A stretch of 63,838 nt of DNA, filler included, from Choristocarpus tenellus KU-1152 (GCA_964200185.2; 11 parts of 11 records of this genome joined end to end with filler, not necessarily neighbours in it); one strand, 5' to 3'; counted from the first letter of the whole stretch, positions 1 to 13,536 are shown. Notes: generated by a model not told the origin, from the letters alone. Made by a program: numbers and translations.

Positions 1-88
1 ACGTGCGACCGAATCACACCAAAAAAGGGAAAATCGAAAAAAGGGTGAAAAACGGACGCCGGCACCCCCCCCCCAGATACTTTGACCC
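1..88. mobile_element. End of MITE family A-like element (truncated by window start)
   Basis: Ends in poly-C-AGATACTTTGACCC, the family A terminal inverted repeat; internal sequence is divergent from the other A copies. Confidence 0.65.
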
Positions 89-228
89 ATACGTTGTGCA
101 AAGATGTGTCCGGAACAAGGATATGGACACTTCCTAACAAACATGATAGTCAACATTACATCAAAATTGGAACATTGGATTTTGACCCCCAAATGGACGC
201 GGCTCTACCCTCTAAGACAATTTGACTT
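89..228. mobile_element. Partial MITE family B, abutting the family A end
   Basis: Aligns by eye to 16560-16697 and 21760-21890 (AACATTGGATTTTGACCCCCAAATGGACGCGGCTCTACCCTCTAAGA). Confidence 0.75.
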
Positions 229-299
229 AAAACAATATAGGATGATCCTGTGGGGCTATGAATGACGAAGACAAGTTCGAAGCGGTCAGTGGAAAGAAG

Positions 300-1190
300 A
301 AGTCATGCCATGCTAGTCTATGATACTGGGAAACCTCAGAATTAGCAGTGAGCATATCAAAAGAATAGTTGGATTGATGATTCCTGCTACCAATGCCTGC
401 ACCCCTCCACTCCAAGTCGTTACAAGGACATATACATCTAAGCTGCCTTTGGCTCAAAGCTGCGGACTACCAACAGGGGAAAGAGATAGTACTTTGAAAG
501 AAAACAAAGTAAGAGGGTCTTCAAGATCAAGAAAGGTCTTCTATTTACAGGGCCGCACGACTTCAGTTGAAAAAGTGCTAACCAGAAGGGAAGGAGGAGT
601 GGATTGGTGCTATAGTGCACAGCGTTGAGCCACAACATTTCCTCAATAGGACAACTGCAGGACAACATGGGGTGCAAAACAATCATCATACAACTGATAT
701 ACAAGGAACCATACACCAGGGCAATGCTCACTCGCAGAGTAGGCCAAAGTTATGACCGAGCTCATACTGCAAGACCTGAGTATCATAGGGCCTACGCTTC
801 GGACAAAGGTGGTAGAACCCGGACTGTAGTCAATGCCGCACAAATCTGAAGCTATTCCCCAGCCATGGACCCAACAGCATTGCATCAGCCTGTTACAATA
901 AGTTCAAGCATCAGTACAGCAGGGGATGGGGGTGGCCACAAGCCGGCAACATGATGATCCACCAGTACATCATATATGTCAAGAATATGTTGCAGAACAA
1001 AGTACAAGACGAAGATCAGTACCACAAAATCTCTTCAACCTTTACGAAGATCGACAAGGGTTTTTTTAATTGTTCTATATACCCAAACATACAACCCAAC
1101 CACAGTCCTATCTGGAGGGTAGCAAAGACAGAGCTTACGTAGGCCCTCGCGCTCAAGGACAGACAATATGGCATAGAGAGATAAGAGTCT
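300..1190 (+). mobile_element. Heavily decayed 3' part of a CRE-like non-LTR retrotransposon
   Basis: Fragments ILGNLRISSEHIKRIVG and LPTGERDSTLKENKVRG resemble LLSTGVPSEDLAEIIG and LPNEAHQGRESSSLALAR of the 28520-29685 copy; ends with ALALKDRQ near 1145-1170; many stops and frameshifts. Confidence 0.45.
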
Positions 1191-1376
1191 GCCTATACAG
1201 TAATATCTACCATTTTATGGACTTTTGGCTTTCCTAGTTTGATAGATCTCACTATTCTTCACCGAAACGGTTCATGTTCTGTGCATGCCCTTGTCTTGCA
1301 CAGATTATGTGTACGGGTGATACGGTACGCATTCCCATTGTTATGTGAAGTGGAAGTATAGACACTGTAGGAACTG

Positions 1377-1549
1377 GGCTCAAAGTATCTGGAGGGGGTG
1401 GCGGCTGTCCATTCGGGGCCCGTTTTTCCATGTCGCGATTTTTGACTGATTTGCTTCCATACGTCGGATGGATAATGAAATTGCACCTTTCCTGGTTTTG
1501 GTCTAAATGGACACCCTGTTGTAGACCCCCCCCCCAGTTACTTTGAGTC
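1377..1549. mobile_element. MITE family A (~175 bp)
   Basis: TIRs GGCTCAAAGTATCTGG... / ...CCAGTTACTTTGAGTC; internal sequence shared with 1596-1780, 18201-18385 and 21980-22159. Confidence 0.85.
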
Positions 1550-1595
1550 ACTACGGAGGAGTAGAATGACCAACTTGAACTTGAAGTGTTGATTT

Positions 1596-1780
1596 GGCTC
1601 AAGCACTCTTGGGGTGGGGGTGGCGGCTGTCCATTCGGGGCCAATTTTTCATGTCGCAATTTTTGACTGATTTGGTTGCATGTGCCGGATGGATAATGTA
1701 AGTGCACTTCTCCTGGTCAGGGCTCGAATGGACACCCTGTTGTAGACCCCCCCTCCCCTCCTGCCCCGATAATTTGAGCC
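1596..1780. mobile_element. MITE family A with TTT target-site duplication
   Basis: GGCTCAAG...TTTGAGCC flanked by TTT on both sides; same orientation as, and 46 bp from, the previous copy. Confidence 0.85.
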
Positions 1781-2628
1781 TTTACACCCATAGAGTACAG
1801 CAATATGTAGAACGCTTGCACGTACATGCACAGTGTTGTTGCAGGACAAGTAGACTTTACAAGCACGTTGGTGTGTGGAAGAAATAAACCATTAAAATAT
1901 TGGTAGCAATACGCTATTGTTTGTATGCTGCTTCTTGTCCCCTCCTGCTACCATAAAACACGAGCAAATTCTCATAGGACATTTAATGGTAATTGCATAT
2001 ATCAAACATAAAATCGATACCTCGTTCTGAGATATTTTCTATGGGTTTCGTATATTTTTGGGGGTGATTAAGGTTCGAGGGTGTAAGTTGAGTTCCATAT
2101 ACTGCGTACATTTCACACACACACCAGTAGGTGCCAGAACATGTTCAATAATATACAGTACAGCGACATCCAGTTGAGTAAGAATCGCAGCTCAGCATGA
2201 TATTACATCGTATTATTGTCTTAGGCTCTATGGAATTTGTATATATGAAGGATTGGGGTTAAGTTGTGTACTACCAGGCATTCTCTAGTGCCTCTATTTG
2301 ACCCATAAAATGTACAGCATTATTATTAATATAACAAGCTGTAGGTATTGCACCCTCCACACCCTCCACTTTTTACCATACAAAGAAGAGTTCCTACGAT
2401 AACCCTGTACCAGCTGATGTACAGCGTAGTAGTAACTTATGTTGTAGTGACGGGGTAGTCTGTATGCACCACATACAAGCTATCTACAGAATGTGTTACA
2501 GGATAAGAAGTCGATCGTGATACATGTTGGAAGTAGTTGAATTTTATCCATAGGCATTTCGTGTTGTAGAGTGCATACTTGCACACTTTCGTTTTTTTGG
2601 TGGTGTACTCACCCCCACGTAGTCTCAC

Positions 2629-2884
2629 CACGCCACAAGATCTGGTGTTGCTGAAAAATTATAGAGCTGGTCTTCCGCAAAGGCTGATGCGAGGATGGGA
2701 GTGATGAAGGAGTAGTCGCTGCAGGAGATCGCAATCATGGCAACCAAATTTACACCTACATGAGTGTAGGTAAGGGCATCCACGGCAATGTTGTAGTCTT
2801 CGAGGTTTTCTTTGATCTCACTCTCCAAGATACGTGAGCCTCCAGCAGAAATGGCAGCAGAATGCGTGTAAAACACCACGAGAT
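2629..2884 (-). CDS. Probable internal exon of an unknown protein
   Basis: Open frame LVVFYTHSAAISAGGSRILESEIKENLEDY...PDLVA between a pyrimidine-rich CAG acceptor and a GTGAGA donor; family not recognised. Confidence 0.35.
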
Positions 2885-3216
2885 CTGAAGACAAGGCAGC
2901 AGCATGCCCACAAATTGAAATGGGTAAAGGGAGGAATGACGAGATAGCACCATGAGAGATATTGAAAGGAGAGAAAGCCGATGAGTGGACGTGTGGATCG
3001 GTCCAATGAACTGGGCAAGGCGACTAAATATGGAGAGTTGTATTGTGTGTTTCATATATGGGGCAAACAGTTTCGCCCAGAAAGCCAAACAGTTAGCAGA
3101 TGATATACAACATAACTATACCTCTAGGAACCTACACCCAGAAAAATACTGCACCACAAAAACATGTAACAAAAGCAAGTACAAATACATGGTGGAGTGT
3201 GTTCTTAAATTCACCA

Positions 3217-3316
3217 NNNNNNNNNNNNNNNNNNNNNNNNNNNNNNNNNNNNNNNNNNNNTTAATTAATTAANNNNNNNNNNNNNNNNNNNNNNNNNNNN
3301 NNNNNNNNNNNNNNNN
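3217..3316. other. Artificial contig spacer (first of ten)
   Basis: 44 N + TTAATTAATTAA (stops in all six frames) + 44 N, repeated identically at 8079, 12568, 16381, 20523, 23578, 28420, 31055, 35215 and 61091. Confidence 0.98.
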
Positions 3317-3526
3317 AATAGACATGTATGAATAGACATTAATGGACATGTATGAATAGACATTAATGGACATGTATGAATGGATATTAATGGACATGTA
3401 TGAATAGACATTAATGGACATGTATGAATAGACATTAATGGACATGTATGAATAGACATTAATGGACATGTATGAATAGACATTAATGGACATGTATGAA
3501 TAGACATTAATGGACATGTATGAATA
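3317..3526. repeat. 24-bp minisatellite (AATAGACATTAATGGACATGTATG) x ~8
   Basis: Near-perfect tandem units; source of the spurious MSIHTCPL and MSINVYSY repeat ORFs. Confidence 0.95.
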
Positions 3527-3687
3527 GCTTATGTCTTTGTCATGTGGCAGCAGGTGATTTGGTGGGAGTGATGTTGCAGGCTTGGGGGTGGGAGTGTATT
3601 GTGTAAGGTTGTTGTTGTAGGTGGGTGGCCTGGAATCCTCTTTTGAAAAGAGTCTTACACAACAAGCTAAATCTCTCAAGACCGCCA

Positions 3688-3825
3688 AGTTAGGGTTAGG
3701 GTTTTCATTGGGGATGTTATTGTGTTAGGGTTAGGGTTGTCATTGGGGATGTTATTGGGTTAGGGTTAGGGTTTAATTGGGGATGTCATTGGGGTTATTG
3801 GGTTAGGGTTAGGGTTGTTATTGGG
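3688..3825 (+). repeat. Interstitial telomere-like (TTAGGG)n mixed with ATTGGGGATGTT units
   Basis: Several runs of 2-3 TTAGGG; further runs at about 4914, 5143 (CCCTAA), 6957 (CCCTAA), 7537 and 7660. Confidence 0.8.
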
Positions 3826-4111
3826 TTTGTAAGGACCTTGCCGTACCATCAGTGGCTGAAGCTGTACATCTTTACTAGGTCTCTTTTTTTTTTCTCTCAT
3901 CTCCGTTGAAAACGCCTTCCAAACACTATCTTTTTTTCTTATCTCAATTGTAAACGCCTTCCAAAGACCATCTCTCATTTTTTTTTGTCTCCTTGTTTTT
4001 ATTTTCTTACTAAATGAATAAAAAAACACTCTCTCACTCCACTCCTCTCTCACACAATAACACACACTTGGTCACACAATAACACCTACAATTTTTGTTT
4101 GTTTGTTAAAG

Positions 4112-5310
4112 ATGGACCTCGTCTTCTGTTTCCTGGAACAAGAATCCGTTACGCCACATGGCGCTTCTGGGCGACAGTCAGGGCCCAGCCCATGGAGCCC
4201 CTCACCCAAGTTGTCCACCCCCCCGAACTTGCTCCAGCTGGGACAACTGTCAAGAGGAGTCTCTTCAACTAGTAGTACCCTCCCAGACATTAAAGCAGTT
4301 CACGCCCTTGATGAATATGATTCCACTAGCCCAATGTACCCTCGTGCCCCTGACGGAGGCGGTAGCAGTGGTATTGGCCCTGGTAGCAGTGGTGTTGGCC
4401 CTGGTGGCAGTAGTGGTATCTTTGGTGGCAGGCCCCCAGCCCACTCTAGACGTCGCCGACAAGAGTTGCTAGAGAGTCATGCGTTATTCTTGGTAGGGGC
4501 ACTGCGGGGAGGAACAGGAGTGACCAAGGCAGCGGCGGCGAGAGCACTGGCTCTATTGGCAGCAAGGAGTGGGGATGCCAGAGATATCGTCCTGGGGGCA
4601 GGGGGTTTGCCATCCTTGCTCAATGTGCTGGCGGGGGGTAGGGGCAGTGGGGGCGGCGGCAGGATTGGAGAGAGAGGAGGCTGGCCTGGATTGGAAATGC
4701 AGGCAAGCTTTTGGGGGAGTGGGGGAAGGGGCACGGGAAGGGAGGGTAGGGAGGGGGAGGGGAGGGGGGGAGGGGCTCTTTGTTGTGGTGACTTTTATCT
4801 CCTTTGAATATATTTTTTATTATCTAATGTGTGTTTTTTTGGAATATTTTATTATTTACAGTGTGTACCGAAATGTGATGGTTTTCTTTTTCTGTGTGAT
4901 TTGTGTTTTTTTGAGGGTTAGGGTTAGAGATCTGTAGTTTGCCCCCACCCCCCCCCAAAANNNNNNNNNNGTTATAGATCTGTAGTTTGCCCCCACCCCC
5001 CCCCCAAAATTACCGCTTCTTTTTTGTTTTTGTTGTAGATTTTTCTGAGATTTTTCTGAAAGTCGGTTTGTTGCTACTTTTTTGTAGTGTCTTGATGGTT
5101 TTCGACTTCTCTCTTCAATGGCCTGTACTCAAACCCTAACCCTAACCCTAACCCTAACCCTTCCTTACGTCGCTACCTTGTTTTACATGTCTTTTGAGAA
5201 TGTTCAAACATTTTTTAATTTTATTTCCTCTAATGAGTGGAGATGTCCTTCTCCATCAACGTACAAGTGTATCTATTTATCTGTGCCTCTGTACTTGCAT
5301 GCTGTGTTCA

Positions 5311-5358
<48 letters not shown>

Positions 5359-7455
5359 CTTTTGTTGTCTGACTTTTGAAAAATGATGAAAGGCTGCATT
5401 TGCAGTGGCAAGGTTGGTGCCTGGTGTGTCAGACCGTTATACTCTAGCTAGATACTCTCGACCCCTGATGGACGCACTCTGGCTTATAGCTGTGAAGGGT
5501 GCAGACTATGGTGAGGAGGGCTGTGGTGTGTGATGATGATTTTAGTGAGGACTGTGTTGAGTGGTGGTGATTTTAGTGAGGACTGTGTTGAGTGGTGGTG
5601 AAGGTACAATATTGTTTTGTTCTCTGTTTTGTTTTATTTTATTTTTGGTAGGTAGGTCATTTCGTTTCGTTTCTTTTATTTTTGTTTTTTGTTTTTGCTG
5701 TAGTTTTTTTTCATTAACTTTTGTTTTGTGTGCTGTGGTACTAGGGTAGTACTGATCTGGTACTGCAGTACTGTGGTACTTGAGTGAATCGATGCTATTT
5801 CTAATGTTCTGTGTTGTTTGTGTTGTCTGTGTTGTTTGTAGTGTTTGTGTTTGTGTTTTTTGTGCTGTTTATGTTGTTTGTGTTGTCTGTCTTGTTTGTG
5901 TTGTTTGTGTTGCCTGTAGTGGTTGTGTTGTCTTTGTTGTTTGTAGTGTTTGTAGTGTTTGTGTTGTTTGTGTTGTTTGTGTTGCCTGTAGTGGTTGCTA
6001 TTTCGGCGGGTGTTAAGCAAGCATTCAGATTGCCCAAGGTAAGTCTGCTTTGACCTTCATCCTTCAGTCTGTGTACGCAATTCCAGATGTCAGATGTCAG
6101 ATGTCAGATGTCATCATGTTCTATTCTTTTCTATTCTTTTCTATTCTGCTTGACTATTTTTAGAAATAGATTGTATTCGATATATTCTATAGTAATGTAT
6201 ACTATTGATAGACTTGTTCAATACAGGTGCTAAACCATTGTTACGTTCTGAGGGTATTCTGTGATAGATGGTAACATGATAACTAAATATTGACTCTTGT
6301 CTTCATGTTCTTGATGAGTTCTTTTAACGTTTAGGGTTAGGTTTACATGTTCTCGATGAGTTCTTTTTAATTTTTAGGGTTAGGGTTACATGTTTTGGAT
6401 GAGTTCTTTTTAATTTTTAGGGTTAGGGTTACATGTTTTGGATGAGCACTTTTAACTTTTAGGGTTAGGGTTACATGTTTTGGATGAGCACTTTTAATTT
6501 TTAGGGTTAGGGTGACATGTTTTGGATGAGTTCTTTTTAACTTTTAGGGTTAGGGTTACATGTTCTCGATGAGTTCTTTTTAATTTTTAGGGTTAGGGTT
6601 ACATGTTTTGGATGAGCACTTTTAACTTTTAGGGTTAGGGTTAGGGTTACGTGTTCTAGATGCTTACCTACACTAGAACGCATTCAGACTGCGGTGGACT
6701 CTGACCAACCCTAACCCTGACTCTAACCTTCACCTGGTTCTAGATGTTCAATGACTTCTCTCTTGATGCCTTCCAAGATGATCTTGCAAAATATATAGTC
6801 AAACACGCGCACACGTGCAATCATCTGTCTCTGTCATCTGTCTCTGCTATTAATAGTCAATTCCAACTGCAGTGTAGTGACTTCAAGACTTTTTTGATAT
6901 ACTGTTCACAGCGACGCTGTGGCTTCAATAGGAGGGGCGGACCTTTCCGAGAAAATTCCCTAACCTTAACCCTAACCCTAACCCTAACCTCAGGACTGCG
7001 ATGGCATTGTACAGTGCAGTATAGTATTGATGAATACTATGCATGTTTCCCAATCCCCTCTCTGTCTGTGTCTGTCTGTCAGTCTCCTATCCACGTGACG
7101 CCTTCAAACGTTGTGCAACTCCTTTCCTTCCCTCATTGTCGTAATAAAAAAAAACAGATAAGGAGATGGATGCCGCACGCTCGATGTGCCCCAATCTGTC
7201 CTGGGTTTCATCATCTTGGCCAGGCGCTAGGGAGATAATTGCTCTAGCTCTTGCCCACATCGCCACCGTAGCCGGTCCTGCCTTTGCTGACATCAGCAAG
7301 GGGACTGGGGGGGCCGGACTGGAGGTGGTGGGTATTGGTGGCGGGATTGGGGGAGGGGGGGAAGTAGGTGGCCTGGTCAACGTAGGGGCAGCTTCGGGCC
7401 CTGGGTTGAGTAGGGGTATGCCGAGGGCAAGGTCTTCTGTTGGTAGCCCAGTCAG
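4112..7455 (+). CDS. Armadillo/HEAT-repeat protein, partial (3 internal exons)
   Basis: Exons ~4112-4702, 5393-5510 and 7158-7455 splice in phase: ...LVGALRGGTGVTKAAAARALALLAARSGDARDIVLGAGGLPSLLNVL...LEMQ|AAFAVARLV...GADY|DKEM...AREIIALALAHIA. ARM-like helices; first donor is GC (CAG|GCAAGC). The 5' boundary is uncertain. Confidence 0.65.
5312..5358. repeat. (CCTG)n microsatellite
   Basis: About 11 tandem CCTG units in an intron. Confidence 0.95.
5805..5997. repeat. Degenerate 9-bp GT-rich repeat (TGTTGTTTG)
   Basis: Low-complexity tandem array producing the HKQ, VVC and NNT repeat ORFs. Confidence 0.9.
6300..6652. repeat. ~40-bp minisatellite, each unit containing (TTAGGG)2
   Basis: About 8-9 units of TTACATGTTTTGGATGAG(CAC/TTC)TTTTAA(C/T)TTTTAGGGTTAGGG. 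Confidence 0.9.
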
Positions 7456-8772
7456 GTGGGTTGTTTGCATGGGTTGATGAGGGTACGTGAGGACGGTATG
7501 TGAGGAAGGTGTGTTAGTAAGGTTGGGGTTAATAAGGTTAGGGTTAGGGTTAGGGTTAGTAAGATCAATGTACGAGAGGTGGAGGGTGGTGTTTTTTTTG
7601 TCTAGGGGATTGATACACTTTGCTTTCGTTGGAGTAGAGCAGTAGTAGTAGTAGTTTTGCAGGGTTAGGGTTAGGGTTAGATTGGTGGCATGTGACATTG
7701 GCTTTACAACCCACCATTTGTTTTTCGTTTTACTTGATAGCATTATAGCATTATAGCATTAAAGCATTATAGCATTGAGTTCTTTGGTATAGCATTCTAG
7801 TATTGAGTTCTTTGGGTGAATCAAGGGGAGATGATCAAGTGTTCATGGTCCCTTTTTTATTATTTTATGTATTTCCTCAGTGTCCTAGTGTGGCGGCGGT
7901 GAACTAAGACAGTACTTGTCTGCCTCTTGGCTTGCTGTTTATATCTTGCTGTTTATATCTTATATCACAACTTCACCACCAGTGCCGTTCACCCAGTACT
8001 CCCCCCCCCCCCCCCCCCCACTTTTTTGTTGTCTCTACACAAAGGACGGGGCCACAACGGAAAACAAGGGCAGGATAGNNNNNNNNNNNNNNNNNNNNNN
8101 NNNNNNNNNNNNNNNNNNNNNNTTAATTAATTAANNNNNNNNNNNNNNNNNNNNNNNNNNNNNNNNNNNNNNNNNNNNGGGGGGGGGGAAGGGGTCATGT
8201 CGGGAATGGGATTTGGTATGGTTCATCCTAAACTTACCCAAGATTTCATTTGTAAGCAAGGTCTCCATGATAGTGCTTCAGTGTAGAGTCGAGACTTGAG
8301 CAGTATTGAGTGGGAGTAGACATGTGCTCACAGTGGGTAGAAGTGATAGCCTATTATTTTTGACCTACGGATCCCCCGATTAAATAAGCTACCTCAACAT
8401 GTTTTGCATGTCACTGGAACAAATGTTACACGATTCTTGCACTAATAAATTCTACACATTCTACGACGTACTTCACATGCCAGGGTCTCGAATATAAAAG
8501 AGAAGGGGTCATCACGTGCTATAATTGCACGTGAAAACTCTATGTGGGAACACGACAAGATTTTTTTCAACAAAAAGAATTGTTACAAGTTACGGAGAGA
8601 TTTTCTTGGTGGACCTAAGATTTTATGGGTGAAAAAGACCACACTGAGATGTGAGCAGTGGGTATTACGCACAAAACTAAGGGTCTCAGGGTTTCACAAT
8701 AACAGGTGAGAACAAGGAATGGACTCTCAGTCCAGCTGCCTTGCGAAACGTTTGAAGATTCCATAACATTGA

Positions 8773-10201
8773 TTATTCTAGCGCGACTATGGAATATTCT
8801 AACCTTTCCCTCTCCCTCTCTCTTCCTCCTGAAGGCACATCTCGTCTGAGGTCCCTCTCTATTATTCTTTCTCTTTCCCTCACGCCTACGTCCCTCACAC
8901 GCTCTCTGCCCCCGCCGATCCTGGGCCTGCGCTCTCTACTACGAGACTTAAGTCGCTTGTGGCTCTTTCCCACACTTGGGCTTCGTGAACGTCTTCTTCT
9001 CCTGAGAACATAAAAGGGCACAACAAGGGAAGGGGATGGAGTGAGGGTGGAACGAAGAGTCCTAAAAAGGCCGATCAGTCCAGAGGGGGTTGATAAAATT
9101 TGCCCATGAGGAAGTAAGAGGTCGATTGGAATTCACCAACCACCGCAATCTAGAGGAGGAGATATTATCCAGCTGGATCAGACTACATATCAACCGAGAG
9201 GATAGATTAAACACGGGAAGAGATTAATTTAATGCTGGGGATGAAACAATGTAACACCGGCGAGCGCATGTCACATTGGGCGTCAGTATAACCATGCACA
9301 CGCGAAACACTCAAGGGAGAACGTAAATTATTTCAAAGACAGTCAGACCAGATGTGAGTGTCAAGAGATAAGGATATTTCTCAAATGATAGGATCCTTCT
9401 CGGAGGATACGGTGCAAGATCAACAAGTGTGAAGTTTCCCGCTCCTTCAGAATGGATGGTGACATTCATCTCACCTGTCCCGATCCATTGCTCGATGCCA
9501 GTATAAGTCGTGGCGAAACGAAACACTCTTTCCACTCCCTATACACGAATTTCGATGTAGTGTAGCAGCCTATGCTTGAAGGAGGAAGATGGAGGTTGAG
9601 AGACAGTTGTCTCCAGTTCCCTCCACACCCTTACCTCTCTTTGTGTAACGAGAGTGAAAGAACATTGTGGTATATTGTAGAGATCACATCCATCATTAAA
9701 TCACTGCAATTTAATGTAAAATATCTCTACCTTTCTGGGTGTATTATCGACTAAGAATACTCGTGTTCCTCCCTTTCCAGTATCAAATTATAAGTGATCA
9801 CGACTACTTCATTAATTCTTGAACACGAATCCGAGACATTTATTGCATGAAGGATTTATTGAAGGGGAGAAAAACAGTATCGATAAGGTGATCATATTTC
9901 AAATTTGACAAAAAAAGACAAAACGCTTCATCGTTTCTCGACCTACTTTTGATCTGACTTCTATAATATGGTGGTGTTGTTTACAACAGCCCTCAACAAC
10001 GACGGTTGTTGGCAAGGCTGTAATCTGCAACAATAAACAGGGTACTAGTTATGGAAAAGGCACTCCTATCTACGTCGCAGGTTGGGCGATCGGAACAATC
10101 AAACCTTGCAAACGTCGGTTTGGCACCTGATAGTCTAAATGCGGTCCTTGAGCCTTTGCCATCGTGGGAGGAGGCTGGAAGTAGCGTGCACAGCAGATCC
10201 C
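8773..10201 (-). CDS. 3' exons of a hypothetical protein with an RS/RE-rich tail
   Basis: Candidate exons 10201-10127, 9538-9475 and 9001-8773 splice in phase (DLLCTLL...RLS|GSGKSVSFRHDLYWHRAMDRD|RRRRRSRSPSVGKSHKRLKSRSRERR...). Upstream exons in 10400-12380 are likely but unresolved. Confidence 0.4.
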
Positions 10202-13200
10202 CTGCGAGAAGGAGAGGCTATGAGACATCGATTTTAGGCCGGTGAGATAGAAATATTTCTTTATTAGGTGGAAATGGCTGTTGGTGGTCCAGGAGGGCAG
10301 GGTAACGCTAGGTGAGGTATTCGGAATTTCCCTCTTCGTTTGATCTCAAAATGATGCTTGCATCTAAGCGCCCCAAAGGGAATGGCCTCCTAATCTGTAT
10401 ATTGTAACTTCTATTCACTTCCGTTGCTTTCTCCTTGGATAGGAGCATTGATGTGCTCTCGCCGTCGACCTTGCCGATCACTGGTCGTATTGCTGACCAG
10501 CCTGTACTGCCTGGGTCCCACAATCCGTGTGCGTCGGTGAGTGTGTAGACCAGTTCTCCTATAGTCGCGGACTAAAAACGGCGAAACGTTCTTGGCTAGA
10601 AGTGTTCATCTATAAGCGGGGATTCTCAACGGGGGACAGGCTCATTTTTCTCAATTTGCTGAGTTTTCCTCGATACATTGATGACTACCATGTTACGACT
10701 TGCCCATTCTTTTATGTACCGCCTGTGTATCATTGCAACAGAAGCTCACATGACCCCTGGCCTGCACTTGCAGGGTCGTAAGAGAAACGTAGCTCCTGGA
10801 TCAGCGGCTGCACCAAACACCCTCACCCACGTCATCCGCCTGCACAGGTTTGTGCCTGCTGCTCCCTCTGGATGGCATCATGAGCGGATGGCTCGGGTTG
10901 AAAGTGATCAAGGTTACCCCCCTTCAATGATCACCTTCTCCTTCTAAAGTTGAGAAAGATGCACAAGGCGCGTGCTTGGCATTCGCACCCCTCCTATGAC
11001 TTGTCTCTCGCCCTAAATCCTCCATGTTGCCAATCATCAACTGCCATCTGTGTTGCACCTCCTCTGTATTCGATCTACTACTTGTTTTAGCACGGTGTTA
11101 ACTAGAATCTCCTTGTCCATGCTTCGCCTGGGCTAACAGGACCGGCAGTGTTGAGGTTGAGCACATGGGCTTTCCCCCACCACCAGAAACTACAGAAGAA
11201 ACCAGCTCTGTAAGCGGTGGTGCCAATCCCTGGGTTGGAAAGGTGAATAACAGGGGACCCACAACAGTTTCAGGTGTGTCAGCAAAAAGATACAAATCTG
11301 ATTGCGTACTTAGGAGAAAAAAGGATGTAAATGAGATAACAACTCTACCTATCAACTGAAGTGTTGTGTTTGATGGAGTTGCACCAGTGTAGGCACAGGC
11401 AAGTTGTAGCATTTGATCTTGGTTTTGGTACTAGGGGACGATTAAACAGCCCAGAAAAAGGGAGGAGTGGGGTGGGGAAGAGTCGGACCCTTCTCAATTA
11501 TCACTACACTGCCCCTCACCTGGCACATTTGTTGTTAGTGCCAATCACAGTCCAGTGTTGATCCTTACACTCACGAGATTAGCCAATGAAAATGACCTGC
11601 TTTTGAGAACTCAAGGGCCCCTGTAGATTATTAAAAAAAACCCAACTGAGTACTGATGCTTCAATTGGGCTCTTGCAGTGGAGACCCCCTATAGAGGAGG
11701 AACAACCATACCATTTTGTGTTTCAAGTGCTTCACCAATAGTGGAACGCCATCATCCAGGGTATGAAATGGGGCACCTCCCCCCACCCCCTGACAGAGGG
11801 CCTGCCTAGTACATTACACGCCGTCTTCGTTGCCATTTTGACGAGGACAGTGGGAGGGAGATTGGAGTTTCTCCTAAGGCGCAAACAACACATCTTCCGG
11901 AATAGGATCACCGTTGTATAAATGCTTGGCACACTACGGCACCGTGTCAAATAGCGGTTGGGTTGTCTTGCTCCCCGTCGTGTTACAACCTCGGGAACAA
12001 GGTTAACAAAGTATCTTAAGAGGGTACAACAGTTTTGCCCCTGTTTGTCCGTTTGGGGCTTTTGGCTTCCCACAGTTTTTGTTTGTTTGTTTTTTACATT
12101 TTTTTCCTACTCCGAGACCAACGTTTTCGGAGTGTATACGCATAGGTAAGAAAGAGTGCATACGTTTATGATGAGGTTGTGTCCGGAGCGAGGGTATTGA
12201 CGCTTCCTAACAAAAGCACGATAGGCAGTAAAAATCGGAACATTGTTTTTTTGTTGTTTTTTTGCTCCCCCGAACGGAGACGGATCTGCCCTCTGAGATG
12301 CTTGGACCCGAAATTCACGAATGTAGTCTCCTAATGCAGTTTTTGCACCGGTGTCTTCAGACAACATCATCTGCACCTTTAGCTTGGTATCTTCTCACGG
12401 CAGGGGGTACTATCCCATGTAACCGATGCTGCTGTTCGCTTACACATGTTCCTGGATCCCCCTCCCCCCACCACCACCACCACCACCACCACCACTACCA
12501 CAGGGAATGCATCAACAAAAAGTATGACCTGGGCAAATGGGACACTAGACATGAGGAAGGCAAGTCTNNNNNNNNNNNNNNNNNNNNNNNNNNNNNNNNN
12601 NNNNNNNNNNNTTAATTAATTAANNNNNNNNNNNNNNNNNNNNNNNNNNNNNNNNNNNNNNNNNNNNGCGCAAGAAAAGCAATTTCTTGCTTGAGAGTTC
12701 AACTGAGTCAGAGCCCGAGCTCTCATGGCGATCAGCCCGCACCAGAGGAGACCAAAGTATGGCACACATCTGGGGCCGAGGGAGGAACGATCCGGTTTCT
12801 TTTTTTTCCCCTCCATACCCTCCATAATAAGGAATGTGCCTCCTTTGGACCCAGCAAGCGATGAAGGGAGTCTTCTAAACCCATGACAACTCAACCTCAC
12901 TCTGCATTGCACTTTTCTGTTGAGATATCGAGGCCTCCAAGGAGATTCCCATCCATTATCCACCGCTCTGGAAAGCACTGGCAATAATCGTAATGAAATA
13001 TTACAGCACCTTACTATAAGTTCATGGTACCCTCCCAACTGTTTCGACAACAAACTAAAATTCAAGATCAGCAAGGAATACCCATAGAGCACTGCAGAAC
13101 CATTGTAGACTCCGTATTTTCAACTGGCCTCTAGCCCTCAATGGCCTAAAATGATCCTCAAGTGATGGGAGGTACTCTGGATAGGCATTGAGACGATTCA

Positions 13201-13536
13201 ATAGCTGTGTCGGTCTGACCATGCACTTCAACATCCGAAAATGGGATGATGAAGTGACTTTGACCAAGCTCTTCTTTTTTTTATCAACCTGCCCTCTATT
13301 TAATACCATAGCCCTACCACATCTCCGGTCAACTGGCACATCATGTTAAAACAGAGCATATCCAGCAGAGAGCGCTGGTTCTTCGCGAGACGTAACTAAA
13401 ACTGGGACTAATGGACGCCGTATTTCTTCATATCACCTCAAGCATTTTGCATTTTGCATTGATGGGTCGAAAACAGGATCTGGGAAGCCTACAGCCAGCA
13501 ACATTGGATTTCCGACTTTTGCGACATGATACTGAC

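Noticed and set aside
3217-3316. Regularly recurring TTAATTAATTAA palindrome flanked by Ns
   Set aside because: Artificial six-frame-stop linker; ORFs ending XXXLIN and any synteny across linkers are artefacts.
3265-3688. Repeat-peptide ORFs or a CRISPR-like array
   Set aside because: Pure 24-bp tandem repeat with no spacers and no cas genes; the same applies to 58490-58745.
4923-5010. Direct duplication around a 10-N gap
   Set aside because: Overlapping contig ends at a poly-C tract; scaffolding artefact.
5676-6053. His/Lys/Gln-, Cys/Val- and Asn/Thr-rich ORFs
   Set aside because: Translations of an intronic simple repeat.
12262-12615. Poly-His ORF
   Set aside because: (CAC)n microsatellite; no other coding support on this strand.
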